NCBI GenBank assembly: GCA_051002775.1
Contig: JBPCLZ010000001.1
Span: 13,016-77,015, forward strand
Length of the DNA stretch: 64,000 nt
Direction: 5' to 3'
Origin: Pyrinomonadaceae bacterium
Lineage (GTDB): Bacteria > Acidobacteriota > Blastocatellia > Pyrinomonadales > Pyrinomonadaceae
Every line of letters begins with the position of its first letter. Within the stretch, counting starts at the first letter, position 1. The translations under genes were made by a program, and so were the position numbers. The notes under the pieces were generated by a model. That model saw only the letters and a list, made by a program, of their open reading frames with translations, was not told where the DNA came from and ran no database searches. Positions 47,407 through 57,302 of the stretch are shown piece by piece.

Positions 47407-48708
47407 TCAGGCAGCCTTCTGTAGCATTGGCTTATTCTCCCTAAGCAGCTCAAGCGCCTTCTTCATCTGCACATCTTCAACTGGGGGCTTTATGTTTGGC
47501 GGATCCGGGACGACTTCACGTTTGTCGTTGGGCTGATCCGGCTTCGCAACCGGATCGTCTTCGTTGCCTGTTAAATCATCAGGATCAACTGCATCAGCCA
47601 GTTCGGGACGTTTCACTTCTACCAAAGGGATAACACCCGAATGGCTTCGATCCTCGCCGAGGAATGGCTTCCCACTAGCTGAGGCCCACTTCACGGTCGT
47701 CAAGAGCAGTCCATCTCCACCACGCAAGGTGAACAGCTGCTGTTCGGCACCGGCGCCGAAACTCTTCTCGCCGACTACCTGGCCGCGGTTCCGATCGATA
47801 AAGGCGGATGCGACAACTTCAGCGGCGCCCGCAGTGCCGGCGTCAATCAAGGCGACGGCTGGTCCAGAGAAAATGGCAGCCTTTGAATCCGCCGAAAAGG
47901 TCTTAACTGATCGCCCTTCCCTTCCTGACGTTTGAGCCAGCATGCCGTCCTTGATGAAAAGATTGGCGACCGCAACCGCTTCGTCAAGCGAGCCGCCGGC
48001 GGTACCGCGCAAATCAACAACTACTTTCTGCGCACCTTGTTTCATTAGCTCCTGCAACCGGGCCCGCACGTCTGCGCCCTCGCCAGCGGCAAAGCTGTTC
48101 ACACGCAGGACACCAATGCGACCGGGTTCCATTCGCGCTTCGGCAGCAGGAGAGCGAAACGAACTTCGCTTCACAGTCACAGTCAGCGGCCGCGAATTGG
48201 CCCGCAGGATTCGCAATTTAACTTCCGAGCCGGCCGGACCGTTCAGAAGCTGTTTCGCGTCGTAAAGTGAGATATCTCGAGTAGCTTTACTATCAATGTA
48301 TTCAATGATGTCGCCAGCGCGCACACCTCCCTGGTCGGCCGGCGAACCCTTCATTGGTGCAATCACATAAAGATAAGAGGCGACTTGGGACAGCTCCGCG
48401 CCGATCCCCACGGCGTTGCTTTTCGCATTTTCGTTATACTGGCGGACTTGATCAGGAGTCAGGTAAGTGGAATACGGATCCAGGCCGTACGCCAGGCCTC
48501 GGAGGGCCCCGGCGCGAACCTTTTCCATGTTCGGCTGATCAACGTAATCGTTCTGAATATGCTGCAGCACGCTCTCAAAAATGCGCAGTTGTGCATTTGG
48601 ATCGTTTGCCGGCTGTTGCGCTCGGGTGGAAATCCAACCGCCGACAACGGTATAAATAGCCAGCATGGCTGACAATATGATCAGCGAAAATTTAGTGCGA
48701 AATGACAT
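47407..48708 (-). CDS. S41-family carboxy-terminal processing peptidase with PDZ domain
   Basis: 433 aa. Signal anchor, PDZ (..GIGAEL....YLYVIAPMKGSPADQGGVRAGDIIEYID) and S41 core (VVVDLRGTAGGSLDEAVAVANLFI.., ..SASGKP). Confidence 0.85.
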   Translation of the reverse strand: MSFRTKFSLIILSAMLAIYTVVGGWISTRAQQPANDPNAQLRIFESVLQHIQNDYVDQPNMEKVRAGALRGLAYGLDPYSTYLTPDQVRQYNENAKSNAVGIGAELSQVASYLYVIAPMKGSPADQGGVRAGDIIEYIDSKATRDISLYDAKQLLNGPAGSEVKLRILRANSRPLTVTVKRSSFRSPAAEARMEPGRIGVLRVNSFAAGEGADVRARLQELMKQGAQKVVVDLRGTAGGSLDEAVAVANLFIKDGMLAQTSGREGRSVKTFSADSKAAIFSGPAVALIDAGTAGAAEVVASAFIDRNRGQVVGEKSFGAGAEQQLFTLRGGDGLLLTTVKWASASGKPFLGEDRSHSGVIPLVEVKRPELADAVDPDDLTGNEDDPVAKPDQPNDKREVVPDPPNIKPPVEDVQMKKALELLRENKPMLQKAA

Positions 48709-48886
48709 CAGGTACCTCGTGTGTAAACTGTTCAGCGCTCTGAATGCGCTAGTAGATACGACTCGTATGATACAGGCCGATTGCTGAAGCGCGCAACCTG
48801 GGTTTAGTCGAATTTGACGTTAATAAGTCGAGCAATCTAAGGACTGCACAAATCCATTAATTTGAATTTGTGGCTTCCAAACCATC

Positions 48887-49363
48887 ATGAAAAACCAGGG
48901 CGTTACAACCCCGATTCGCGCTCCGATTCTCGCTCTCGACCTCGGCAGGAAGCGCGTCGGCGCGGCCGTCTCGGATGCATTGTCGATCTCGATCAAACGG
49001 CTCGAGGTAATTCCGCGGACGAATTGGAAGCAACTCCTTCGGCACGTCGAGAATCTGGCACGGCGCTTTGACGCTCAAACCCTGGTAATTGGTTTACCGC
49101 TTAAACTAAATGGTTCTACGGGAGACGCCGCAATTGCGACCCGGGAAACCGCTTTAAAGTTTGCGCGATCGTTGAAGCTGCCGGTTTATTTGCAAGATGA
49201 GCGCTTGACGTCGAGCGAAGCCCAGGAAAACCTGCGCACGGCCGGGGTCCCGGCTGATCAAATCCCACGGCGCGTGGATAGCGAGGCCGCAGCGTTGATA
49301 CTGCGCGACTTCCTCGCCTCGGATCAGGCGCGAATTCCGCTCTCTCCGCATTTATCAGAGTAG
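48887..49363 (+). CDS. ruvX: Holliday-junction resolvase-like nuclease RuvX (YqgF)
   Basis: 158 aa. ILALDLGRKRVGAAVSD......P..............LVIGLP....G......A..F......LPVYLQDERLTS. Confidence 0.85.
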   Translation: MKNQGVTTPIRAPILALDLGRKRVGAAVSDALSISIKRLEVIPRTNWKQLLRHVENLARRFDAQTLVIGLPLKLNGSTGDAAIATRETALKFARSLKLPVYLQDERLTSSEAQENLRTAGVPADQIPRRVDSEAAALILRDFLASDQARIPLSPHLSE

Positions 49364-49389
49364 CCCGGTTTCATTTAAACTAAATACAC

Positions 49390-50445
49390 ATGAAACGCAT
49401 TCTGCTACTTGTCTTACTGGCACTATTAATAATAGCCGGCAGCGCGACTGCCTGGGCCTATCGCGAATTGCACACTGCCATACGCCATACAAAGCAAGGG
49501 CAGTACGTGGAAATCGCCGGGGGTTCATCGCCAACAGCCGTGGTAAACAAGTTGGCAAGCGAAGGAATCATCAAACACAAGTGGCCACTAACACTCTACT
49601 TGAAATTAACTGCGCGCGGGACTGAGTTGAAGGCCGGTGAATACGACTTTCCTTCTCCAATTTCACCGCTCGCGGTTTTTGCCCGGTTGCGTGAAGGCGA
49701 ACAGAAAATGCTTCGCTTGACTGTGATCGAAGGCTGGACGCGCTGGGACATCGCTAATGCGATGCTCAAGATTCCGGAGCTAAGGCTCGCTGAGACTGAC
49801 GAAGCCTTGCGTCTAATGGACAATGTGGATCTGATCAAGGATTTGGATCCCAGCGCGAAAAATCTCGAGGGCTATATCTTTCCCGACAGTTATGATTTTC
49901 CGCCCGACACGCGAGCAGCTGATGTGATCAAAATGATGGTGAAACGCTTCCACCGGGAGTGGAAGCCGGGATGGTCGCAACGAGCGCGAGAACTGGGAAT
50001 GACGCCGCGCGAAGTTGTAACGACGGCTTCTCTGATTGAAACAGAAGCAAAGCTGAGCGACGAACGTCCACTGGTCGCCTCGGTCATTTATAACCGCTTG
50101 AAAAGAGGTATGGCCTTGGCGGTTGATTCGAGCATCGTCTATGCATCGAAGTTGGAAGGAAAGTGGCGCAACGACGGCAAGGTTTACAAGAGCGACGTGG
50201 AACGGCGCTCACCTTACAACACGCGCCTTCACGCTGGCTTACCGCCTGGTCCAATTGCCGCGCCCGGAAAAAGCTCGCTAGAAGCAGCGCTTTATCCGGC
50301 CAACACCGATTACCTGTTCTACGTCCGGGATCCAGCGCGAGATGATGGCGCCCATAATTTCTATGACAACGAACGCGATTTCGGGGTCGGAGTGCAGGCG
50401 CTCAGGAACTGGGAAGCGCAGCGAGACGCGGCGCATGGCAAATAG
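49390..50445 (+). CDS. mltG: Endolytic murein transglycosylase MltG (YceG-like)
   Basis: 351 aa. N-terminal TM, ..LKAGEYDF......., LEGYIFPDSYDF, TASLIETEA, VIYNRL...M.L..D....Y, YNTR...GLPPGPI..PG. Confidence 0.9.
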   Translation: MKRILLLVLLALLIIAGSATAWAYRELHTAIRHTKQGQYVEIAGGSSPTAVVNKLASEGIIKHKWPLTLYLKLTARGTELKAGEYDFPSPISPLAVFARLREGEQKMLRLTVIEGWTRWDIANAMLKIPELRLAETDEALRLMDNVDLIKDLDPSAKNLEGYIFPDSYDFPPDTRAADVIKMMVKRFHREWKPGWSQRARELGMTPREVVTTASLIETEAKLSDERPLVASVIYNRLKRGMALAVDSSIVYASKLEGKWRNDGKVYKSDVERRSPYNTRLHAGLPPGPIAAPGKSSLEAALYPANTDYLFYVRDPARDDGAHNFYDNERDFGVGVQALRNWEAQRDAAHGK

Positions 50446-50563
50446 CTGGTCCTGTCTTGAACGATGGTGTGAACCATCTCCCTTGAAATTGCTTAGCCCT
50501 TAATCTATTCTGAAGGCCGGTTCTCCCATCAGCAAATCGTTTCATTAGCAAAGGTCGTGTACG

Positions 50564-51193
50564 ATGAAATTCGCAGTAGCTTTGTTCATTCTGGTCCTGA
50601 CAAGCGCGCCGTCCTGGGGACAGGGCAAGGGCGTAGATAAACAGAGTGAGCGCGTGCGCGATACCGGTACCAGGTCACCGGGAGATAACGGAAGCAAGAC
50701 GGACGTCGGGGCTGGCCGAGGAATCGATTTCGGCAGAGGCCGCACAGCAACAGTGCCGCCGCTTCCCAATCCCTACCGGATAGTGGCTCGTCGTGATGTT
50801 ATCCTTAAAGCTATTGCTGATGTCATGCGCGACCGCAACTTGATCGTAGATGAGGCGGCGTCAAAGCCGGCCGACGGCATTATCGTCAGCCAGCCTTACA
50901 CCTTCATCAAGGGAGCAGTCGTTACGCAGTCTGAGCTCGGCCGCTATACGGACGTCTCGACTTCAGTCGCCCGCGGGTGGACACGCGGACGCTATACAAT
51001 AACCGTCGAAGTGCAACCCATCGACGGTAACAGCGCGAACGTGGCAGTTAATGCGAAGATTGAAGGTAGAACAGACGGCGCAACAGGCGCCGAGTGGATT
51101 ACGCTAAGCTCGGTCGGCCTGGTCGAAGAAGAGTTCCTGTCAGCGCTTATCGAGAACGTTACGGGCGCTCTTCCTGCTGGCCGGACCGAGTAG
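50564..51193 (+). CDS. Secreted hypothetical protein
   Basis: 209 aa. Signal peptide MKFAVALFILVLTSAPSWGQ, a Gly/Arg-rich low-complexity linker, then a ~140-aa globular part. Confidence 0.55.
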   Translation: MKFAVALFILVLTSAPSWGQGKGVDKQSERVRDTGTRSPGDNGSKTDVGAGRGIDFGRGRTATVPPLPNPYRIVARRDVILKAIADVMRDRNLIVDEAASKPADGIIVSQPYTFIKGAVVTQSELGRYTDVSTSVARGWTRGRYTITVEVQPIDGNSANVAVNAKIEGRTDGATGAEWITLSSVGLVEEEFLSALIENVTGALPAGRTE

Positions 51194-51230
51194 CTGCACA
51201 CTTAAAGTATTACTTCAATAACACCTCATC

Positions 51231-51833
51231 ATGATTACCGAATCAGAACACGAGGAAATCTTTATCCAGGCGAGTGAGTCTTCAGGTCTGAAGATGGTCG
51301 CCGCTATCTCCGCCTTGGTCATCACAGCCCTCATTTTTGTCGGTTACGCTTACCTGCGAAAACGGCAAGCGCAAAGCATCGTGCCCGCACAGCCAGCCGC
51401 CATCGCGCAGCCGAAAGCTCCGCCGCAGGCTTTGATTCTGGTGGATGAAGCATTACTCCAGGGCACTAATACACTGCTTGGCGGCACGGTGAGGAATATT
51501 AGTAACGGAAGATTTAGTGGTCTCTCGGTCGAGCTTGAACTCAGGCGGCGCAAGGATGGTATTCCCGAAAAGAAGCTGGTCCCTGTAAGTCCTGCCGATA
51601 TTGATTCACAACAGGAGGGCAGGTATTCACTTCAGTTGAAGGCGCAGGAATATTCGGCCGCCAGGGTAGTAGCTCTGCATGCAGAAGCGGGAGCCACGCT
51701 TCCCTACACGCTCGCCCAAGGAGAAAAAAGACCGCTTGAGCGTCTCGAATCGAAAACGATCAAAGTTGATAAGCCGTCTGGAAAACGATCCGAGTTTTTG
51801 AACTCCCCTGATAAACCGGCGCGCGTTCCGTGA
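51231..51833 (+). CDS. Membrane-anchored hypothetical protein
   Basis: 200 aa with a single TM (MVAAISALVITALIFVGYAYL). No recognised domain. Confidence 0.5.
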   Translation: MITESEHEEIFIQASESSGLKMVAAISALVITALIFVGYAYLRKRQAQSIVPAQPAAIAQPKAPPQALILVDEALLQGTNTLLGGTVRNISNGRFSGLSVELELRRRKDGIPEKKLVPVSPADIDSQQEGRYSLQLKAQEYSAARVVALHAEAGATLPYTLAQGEKRPLERLESKTIKVDKPSGKRSEFLNSPDKPARVP

Positions 51834-52074
51834 AACGAAACTGGCGATAAGCAGACGGCGACAGTATTGCCGTTCTTCAAGTTCTCGTTGAGCAGTCGGG
51901 GCGGCGACAAGTGATGTGATTCCTAAACTATCGCAGTTAGCATCGAGGTCGGTTAAAGAAACAGTTCAAGGTAATTTCGTTGCTGATGAGCCCGCTGTCT
52001 ATCGCATTCAATTTTTTACCATTCCCCGACGAAGCAACCGATAACCGCAAGCGCCCGTCATACTTCGCAGCCCG

Positions 52075-52647
52075 ATGATCACAAACTTGAGCATAAAGAA
52101 TTTCACCACCAGCACTCTCCGATACGGCCCGGCAGCTCTCATTCTACTGAGTGTGGTTACGGTAGCGGCTGCCCAGGCGGCACGGCCGAGCCCTTCACTC
52201 CCGAGAATCTCGCGGGCCGATGAGCCGGATCCCCTTACCTCAATTGAAGAGGAGATGCGAGGAAAACGCGCGATTAAGTTTGCCGAAAAGGAATACCGCG
52301 AGAATATCGAGCGTGCGCATGAGCTAGCCTCCCTCGGGTCACAGTTGGCTAATTCTTTTAAGAAGAGCCAGCAATTCGCTCGTCAGGACTTTAAGAAACT
52401 TGATCGTCTCGAGAAGCTTACGAAAGCCATTCGTAATGCTGCCGGCGGCTCAGACAGCGAAAAGGAAGCGGTGATGCCGTCAGTCAATCTTAACCACAAT
52501 GTAAACAAGATGTTCAGCGTTGTTGAGTCCCTGGCGAAGCGAGTGGAAAAAACGCCGCGCCACGTCATCTCCGCTGAGGTCATTGACGAGGCTAATGTAT
52601 TACTTGAACTAATACGTTTGGTCCGAGGATTTTCGCCGAAGGCTTAA
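52075..52647 (+). CDS. Secreted helical hypothetical protein
   Basis: 190 aa. Signal peptide (..AALILLSVVTVAAAQA), then charged helical sequence. Its stop is 2 nt before the downstream VWA gene start. Confidence 0.5.
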   Translation: MITNLSIKNFTTSTLRYGPAALILLSVVTVAAAQAARPSPSLPRISRADEPDPLTSIEEEMRGKRAIKFAEKEYRENIERAHELASLGSQLANSFKKSQQFARQDFKKLDRLEKLTKAIRNAAGGSDSEKEAVMPSVNLNHNVNKMFSVVESLAKRVEKTPRHVISAEVIDEANVLLELIRLVRGFSPKA

Positions 52648-52649
52648 CA

Positions 52650-53582
52650 TTGAACGTCGATCCTAAATCTGTAGCGCGCTCATCCTTTGCTTTCAGGTTT
52701 TTTCTTGTTCTCGCTTTGCTACTGCTCCCCTCAGCCGGGGCTTCCCAGCAAGACGAGGACGTGGTAAGCGTCAACACTGACCTGGTCGTGCTCAACGTTA
52801 CTGTTACCGACGGCACCGGACAGTATGTGCCGGGACTCAAGCTTGCGGATTTCAAAGTCTTCGAAGACGGTAAAGAAGTACCTGCACAATTAATATCCGG
52901 CTTCAGCCTTCACGAGTCTCCTTTTGCTTCCGTGGTTTTACTCGACACTTCCGGTAGCATGGAGGTCCGCCTTTCCCTTGCCCGTTCTGCTGCCATTCGT
53001 TTTCTTGACAGGCTACGTGAGGAAGACGTCGCTGCGGTCTACAACTTTGATTCGAAGGTTGAGCGAGTGCAGGACTTTTCTCCGGGCCGCGATCTTGCGC
53101 CGATGGCGTATGGGCTACGAGCCAAAGGAATGACACGATTGAATGACGCGATAGTCGATGCAGCAAACGCTCTGGCCGAGCGCTCGGAGATGCGAAAGGC
53201 GATAGTCATTCTGTCTGATGGTATGGACACTTCAAGCAGGGCGACTGCAGATAAAGCAATAGAAAGCGCGCTGGGTATTGGCGCCACGATTTATGCTGTC
53301 GATATGTCTGCGGCCGGAGGCGGATCAAATAATCAGCAAAACGCAGCAGTGTTAAGGAAGTTTGCAGAGAAAAGTGGGGGCAGGTTTGTTGGTACGCCAG
53401 GCGGCCCCGCCTTACGCGACGCCTTCGCCAATATTGCAGATGAGTTGGGCCACCAGTACACCATCGCTTACCGGCCATTGAATAAAACACGCGATGGCAA
53501 ATGGCGTAAGCTCGAAGTAAAAGTGTCGCGTTCCGAATTGATGGTTAGAACGCGCAAGGCGTACCGCGCTCCAAAAGCTTGA
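52650..53582 (+). CDS. VWA-domain protein (VWFA-related acidobacterial domain type), paralogue of 44405-45484
   Basis: 310 aa, TTG start. Signal peptide, ..VVSVNTDLVVLNVTVTDGTGQYVPGLKLADFKVFEDGKEVP.., MIDAS LLDTSGSM, and C-terminal ..YTIAYRPLN..RDGKWRKLEVKV... Confidence 0.8.
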   Translation: MNVDPKSVARSSFAFRFFLVLALLLLPSAGASQQDEDVVSVNTDLVVLNVTVTDGTGQYVPGLKLADFKVFEDGKEVPAQLISGFSLHESPFASVVLLDTSGSMEVRLSLARSAAIRFLDRLREEDVAAVYNFDSKVERVQDFSPGRDLAPMAYGLRAKGMTRLNDAIVDAANALAERSEMRKAIVILSDGMDTSSRATADKAIESALGIGATIYAVDMSAAGGGSNNQQNAAVLRKFAEKSGGRFVGTPGGPALRDAFANIADELGHQYTIAYRPLNKTRDGKWRKLEVKVSRSELMVRTRKAYRAPKA

Positions 53583-53593
53583 AACAGACAAAA

Positions 53594-54742
53594 TCAATTG
53601 AGCGTTGTTTTTGTTAGCGACTTCTCTCGGTGCTTTTCCAGCGCCAGCTCGATTAAGCGATCGAGCATAGCCGCGTAATTCAAACCCGAAGCGGCCCACA
53701 TCTTTGGATAGCCGGAAACTTCTGTCAGGCCCGGCATCGTGTTTATCTCATTAACCAACAACTTCCGTCCGTCGCGCGCTAAAAAGAAATCAACCCGCGC
53801 CAGCCCCGCACCATCTATCGCCTGGAACGCGCGAATGGCCATCCGCTGAATACGCGCCATCACTGCCTTTGAAACCGGCGCCGGCACCACAAACTCGACG
53901 TGGCCTGTTTGCGAGTATTTCTCAGTGTAGTCGAGAAAAGCCGCCGACTTGTCGTGGACCACGTATTCACCTGGCAGACTGGCGTTTGGTTCATCGTTTC
54001 CCAACACCGCGCATTCAATTTCCCTTGCACCAACTGCTTCTTCAACAATTATTTTGCGATCGTATTGCGCGGCCAGATCCACTGCGTGCGCGAAGGATGC
54101 TTTGTCCGTCGCTTTTGAGATACCGACTGATGAGCCGAGATTAGCGGGCTTAACAAAGCAGGGCCAGCCTAGTTCGCGCGCGATCTTGCGCGTTACACCC
54201 TGCTGATCCCGTTCCCAATGTTTCCGCAAAAACCAGGTGTAGCGGCAAAGGGGCAAACCGGCCTGAAGAAACAACGACTTCATCGCAACCTTGTCCATGC
54301 CGCAGGCCGACGCCAGGACGCCGCCGCCGACATAAGGAACGTTGGCCATCTCAAGCAGGCCCTGAATCGTTCCATCTTCGCCGAATGGTCCATGCAGGAC
54401 CGGGAACACGACATCCAGGGATTCTGCCGCTCCACTTCTCTTAGCATCAAAAGAAATCAAGCCGCGGTGTGTGGGATCAGGAAGAATAGCCACGTCCTGG
54501 CGCGAGGAAGATGTTGCGCGTGAGGAAAGCAACGAACGTGCGCTTTGTGACAAGAGTTGGGTGGCCGCTGCCGGCCCGAGCCACTTCCCTTCCCGTGATA
54601 TTGCGATCGGTACGACGTCGTATTTCTTCTTATCGATTGCTTCAATCAGTGAGCCGGCCGAACGCGCTGAAACTTCGTGTTCACCTGATTTGCCGCCGAA
54701 AACCACCCCAACCCGGAGCTTCTTAGCCAATTGATTATCCAA
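53594..54742 (-). CDS. ddl: D-alanine--D-alanine ligase
   Basis: 382 aa. KLRVGVVFGGKSGEHEVS..SA, FPVLHGPFGEDGTIQGLLE, ATP-grasp ..FVKPANLGSSVGISK.., ..EINTMPG.T. Confidence 0.92.
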   Translation of the reverse strand: MDNQLAKKLRVGVVFGGKSGEHEVSARSAGSLIEAIDKKKYDVVPIAISREGKWLGPAAATQLLSQSARSLLSSRATSSSRQDVAILPDPTHRGLISFDAKRSGAAESLDVVFPVLHGPFGEDGTIQGLLEMANVPYVGGGVLASACGMDKVAMKSLFLQAGLPLCRYTWFLRKHWERDQQGVTRKIARELGWPCFVKPANLGSSVGISKATDKASFAHAVDLAAQYDRKIIVEEAVGAREIECAVLGNDEPNASLPGEYVVHDKSAAFLDYTEKYSQTGHVEFVVPAPVSKAVMARIQRMAIRAFQAIDGAGLARVDFFLARDGRKLLVNEINTMPGLTEVSGYPKMWAASGLNYAAMLDRLIELALEKHREKSLTKTTLN

Positions 54743-54748
54743 CCCTAT

Positions 54749-55720
54749 CTAAAGAATAGTTTTACCGAGCGCTGAGAGAATTAGTTCAACGCCGAGTTCG
54801 GCCGTTTTATTATTCACATCCAGCGCAGTGTTGATTTCCACAACTTCAAGCGAACGCATCCCGCCCGCGTCCGCTATCTTTTCCATCGCCAAATGTGCTT
54901 CGCGATACGTTAGACCGCCGCGCACGAGCGTTCCTGAGCCGGGGGCGTCACCTGGATCAAGCGCATCAACGTCGAAGGTTACGGCATACCCACCGCTTGC
55001 CTGCAACGCAATTCCAATCGCCTCGTCCATACATGCATTCATGCCACGCTCATCAACCTCACGCATAGTGATAAAGCGAATTCCCAACTCATTTATCAAT
55101 TCGCGCTCGCCGCGATCAATATCACGCGCGCCCACGTGCACACAAAGTTTCGGATCGAGTTTTGGCGAAAAACCTGCGATGTTCGTGAGCTCCGCCGCGC
55201 CACGTCCAAATGTCACAGCGAGAGGCATGCCATGAATATTTCCCGAAGGTGTAGTCTCAGGAGTATTCATATCGGCGTGCGCATCAAACCAGATGAGTCC
55301 CGGGGCCGTGTTCTTTGAACGGCAGTAGGCAGAAAAACCGGCAAGCGAGCCAATCGCGATCGAGTGATCACCACCGAGTACGAGCGGTAATTCATTCGCG
55401 TTTAGAATGCCCTCGACCTTTTGTGCCAACTCTGCGCACGCCTCGCTAATTTCAGTGACGTGCTTTAGCTTGTCTGCCGCGTCAGGTGTGGATTGAGACT
55501 GTTCGACTTCCAGATCACCGAGGTCACGGACGACGTAGCCAAGCTGTGCGATTCTGCGCTTGAGACGGGCGACCCGCAGCGCGGCTGGCCCGAGTTCCAC
55601 GCCTGCCATACTCGCGCCATATGCCAGCGGCACACCAACAATTCCAACCGCTCGCGCACCGGCCGAATCCCTCACGCTTTCCTTTCGGACCTTTTCTGCA
55701 ACGCTAGCATCAACCATCAA
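54749..55720 (-). CDS. Arginase (ureohydrolase family)
   Basis: 323 aa. LVLGGDHSIAIGS, WFDAHADMNTPETTPSGNIHGMPLA, TFDVDALDP, and ..SLEVVEINT..D. Agmatinase cannot be excluded without a search. Confidence 0.8.
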   Translation of the reverse strand: MMVDASVAEKVRKESVRDSAGARAVGIVGVPLAYGASMAGVELGPAALRVARLKRRIAQLGYVVRDLGDLEVEQSQSTPDAADKLKHVTEISEACAELAQKVEGILNANELPLVLGGDHSIAIGSLAGFSAYCRSKNTAPGLIWFDAHADMNTPETTPSGNIHGMPLAVTFGRGAAELTNIAGFSPKLDPKLCVHVGARDIDRGERELINELGIRFITMREVDERGMNACMDEAIGIALQASGGYAVTFDVDALDPGDAPGSGTLVRGGLTYREAHLAMEKIADAGGMRSLEVVEINTALDVNNKTAELGVELILSALGKTIL

Positions 55721-55742
55721 TACTCATCACCTTTTCCGCCAG

Positions 55743-55815
55743 TTTGGGGGAGGGGTCAGGGTGGGGTTTTAGCCGCCCGTAAGCTCTCTCCTGTAACCCC
55801 TCTCCCAACGGAAGA
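55743..55815. repeat. Repeat family A copy 3 (shorter, diverged)
   Basis: TTTGGGGGAGGGGTCAGGGTGGGG...GTAAGCTCTCTCCTGTAACCCCTCTCCCAACGGAAGAG, same orientation as copy 1. Confidence 0.65.
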
Positions 55816-55869
55816 GTGGACAGATTTAGTCCTTAGGCAAATTTAATTGAACGACTTCTGCAAACCTTC

Positions 55870-56754
55870 TCACCCGCCCAAATTGAGATTAAAACCTCCG
55901 CCCCCGCCGGACTGCGAAGGGAAGAATGGTCTCAGCAATCCCGCCATGGCCGCCAGATTTCTCGTTTGAATTAGAAGTTCGCCTGGTCCGCTAAACTCAG
56001 CGACGATTCCCTCGCCGCTCATCATGCTGCGAAAAAACCCGGCGGCAGCCTTACGTAAAGTGTATTGCGTTGTTCCTTCCCAGGCTACCAGGTGCCCGGT
56101 GTCTACCACGTAGCGCTCGCCGGCTCGCAAAACTTTTCGATGGATTGCCCCGAAAGATGAAACCAAAAGCAAGCCACGGCCCTGGACAAGCATCACGAAC
56201 AATCCTTCACCACCAAAGAAGGACTTCGCGCCGCCCCACTTCGTGTCAACTGTCAGACTCGCGTCGCCGGCAAGATATGAACTTGACTGGACGAAGAACG
56301 ATTGGTTGTTGAGTTCGATCGCAGCAATGTCACCGGGCGCGCCGGGTGCGAAGCTCACCTCGCCCGGCCCACCACGCGCCGTAAAAGTGGAAACAAACGC
56401 CGATTCACCGCCGGCCGCGCGTTTGATAGCGCCGAACAAACCGCCTTTCATTTGCGATTGCAATTCGATGTTCGCAGACATTGAGACCATCGCGCCAGCC
56501 TCGGCCTGGATCGATTGCTCGGCTTGAAGTTGAATCATAGCCAGCGAAAACGCGGGTTGATGTAATACTTCATATCTATAACCACCGCCCTGGCCTTTCG
56601 AATCTTCGTCGATATGAATTCCATGCGATTGGGTGCCGGATCGAGAGGGCGAGGACCCAGGGGCAGCCGCATCCGCCTGCGACAAGCGATAACCGCAGCC
56701 GCCGCAGAAGACAGCGCCAGGAAGCATCTGCGCACCACACTTCGGGCAGTTCAT
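55870..56754 (-). CDS. Zinc-ribbon + AIM24/TIGR00266-family protein
   Basis: 294 aa. N-terminal MNCPKCGAQM....FCGGCGY, then ..YEVLHQPAFSLAMIQL...QSIQAEAGAMVSMS.NIEL......GG.....R...GES.F...F. as in DUF124/AIM24. Confidence 0.7.
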   Translation of the reverse strand: MNCPKCGAQMLPGAVFCGGCGYRLSQADAAAPGSSPSRSGTQSHGIHIDEDSKGQGGGYRYEVLHQPAFSLAMIQLQAEQSIQAEAGAMVSMSANIELQSQMKGGLFGAIKRAAGGESAFVSTFTARGGPGEVSFAPGAPGDIAAIELNNQSFFVQSSSYLAGDASLTVDTKWGGAKSFFGGEGLFVMLVQGRGLLLVSSFGAIHRKVLRAGERYVVDTGHLVAWEGTTQYTLRKAAAGFFRSMMSGEGIVAEFSGPGELLIQTRNLAAMAGLLRPFFPSQSGGGGGFNLNLGG

Positions 56755-57302
56755 AAAATTACTCCTTGAGATTTCTCATTAATGATCGACACGGCCTCTT
56801 CCGGCGTTCGGGCGAAATCGAGCGCAGAGACATCTTCATCGGTCACTGCCAGATGCTTTTGCCATTCGCGCACGATTGGTGGCCAGCAATCACCGAGCAG
56901 GACCAACGGCCGCGGCCCAATAACGCGAGTTTGAATTTTGTTCCACACCAGTGACAGCTCAGTTACCGTTCCCATACCACCGCGAATCGCGATGAAGCCA
57001 ACCGAACGCGTAATAAGTAATTGTAGTCTTTCGTAAAAATGAGCGGTTGCCACTTTGTCGGTGAGGAAACGATTAGGCTCGGCTTTGAATTGATTCATCG
57101 TGATGCCCAGCACGCGTCCGCCGCGTTCGTGGGCCCCGCGGCTGGCGCCTTCCATCACTCCGAGATAGCCACCGGTGCAAATGGTATAGCCGGCGTCAGC
57201 CAATAGTTCGCCGACGCGTCGCGCTTGCGCATACTCGGTATCAGATTCGCCACACTTGGCGCCGCCGAAAATCGTAACGATGCGCTCCACGCCATCGCTC
57301 AT
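56751..57302 (-). CDS. LOG-family / TIGR00725-like Rossmann protein (predicted nucleotide-binding or phosphoribohydrolase)
   Basis: 183 aa. IVTIFGGA.......Y..A...G..LA..GY...TGGY.GVMEGASRGA...GG...GI; ..IAIRGGMGTVTEL. It overlaps both neighbouring genes by 4 nt. Confidence 0.7.
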   Translation of the reverse strand: MSDGVERIVTIFGGAKCGESDTEYAQARRVGELLADAGYTICTGGYLGVMEGASRGAHERGGRVLGITMNQFKAEPNRFLTDKVATAHFYERLQLLITRSVGFIAIRGGMGTVTELSLVWNKIQTRVIGPRPLVLLGDCWPPIVREWQKHLAVTDEDVSALDFARTPEEAVSIINEKSQGVIL

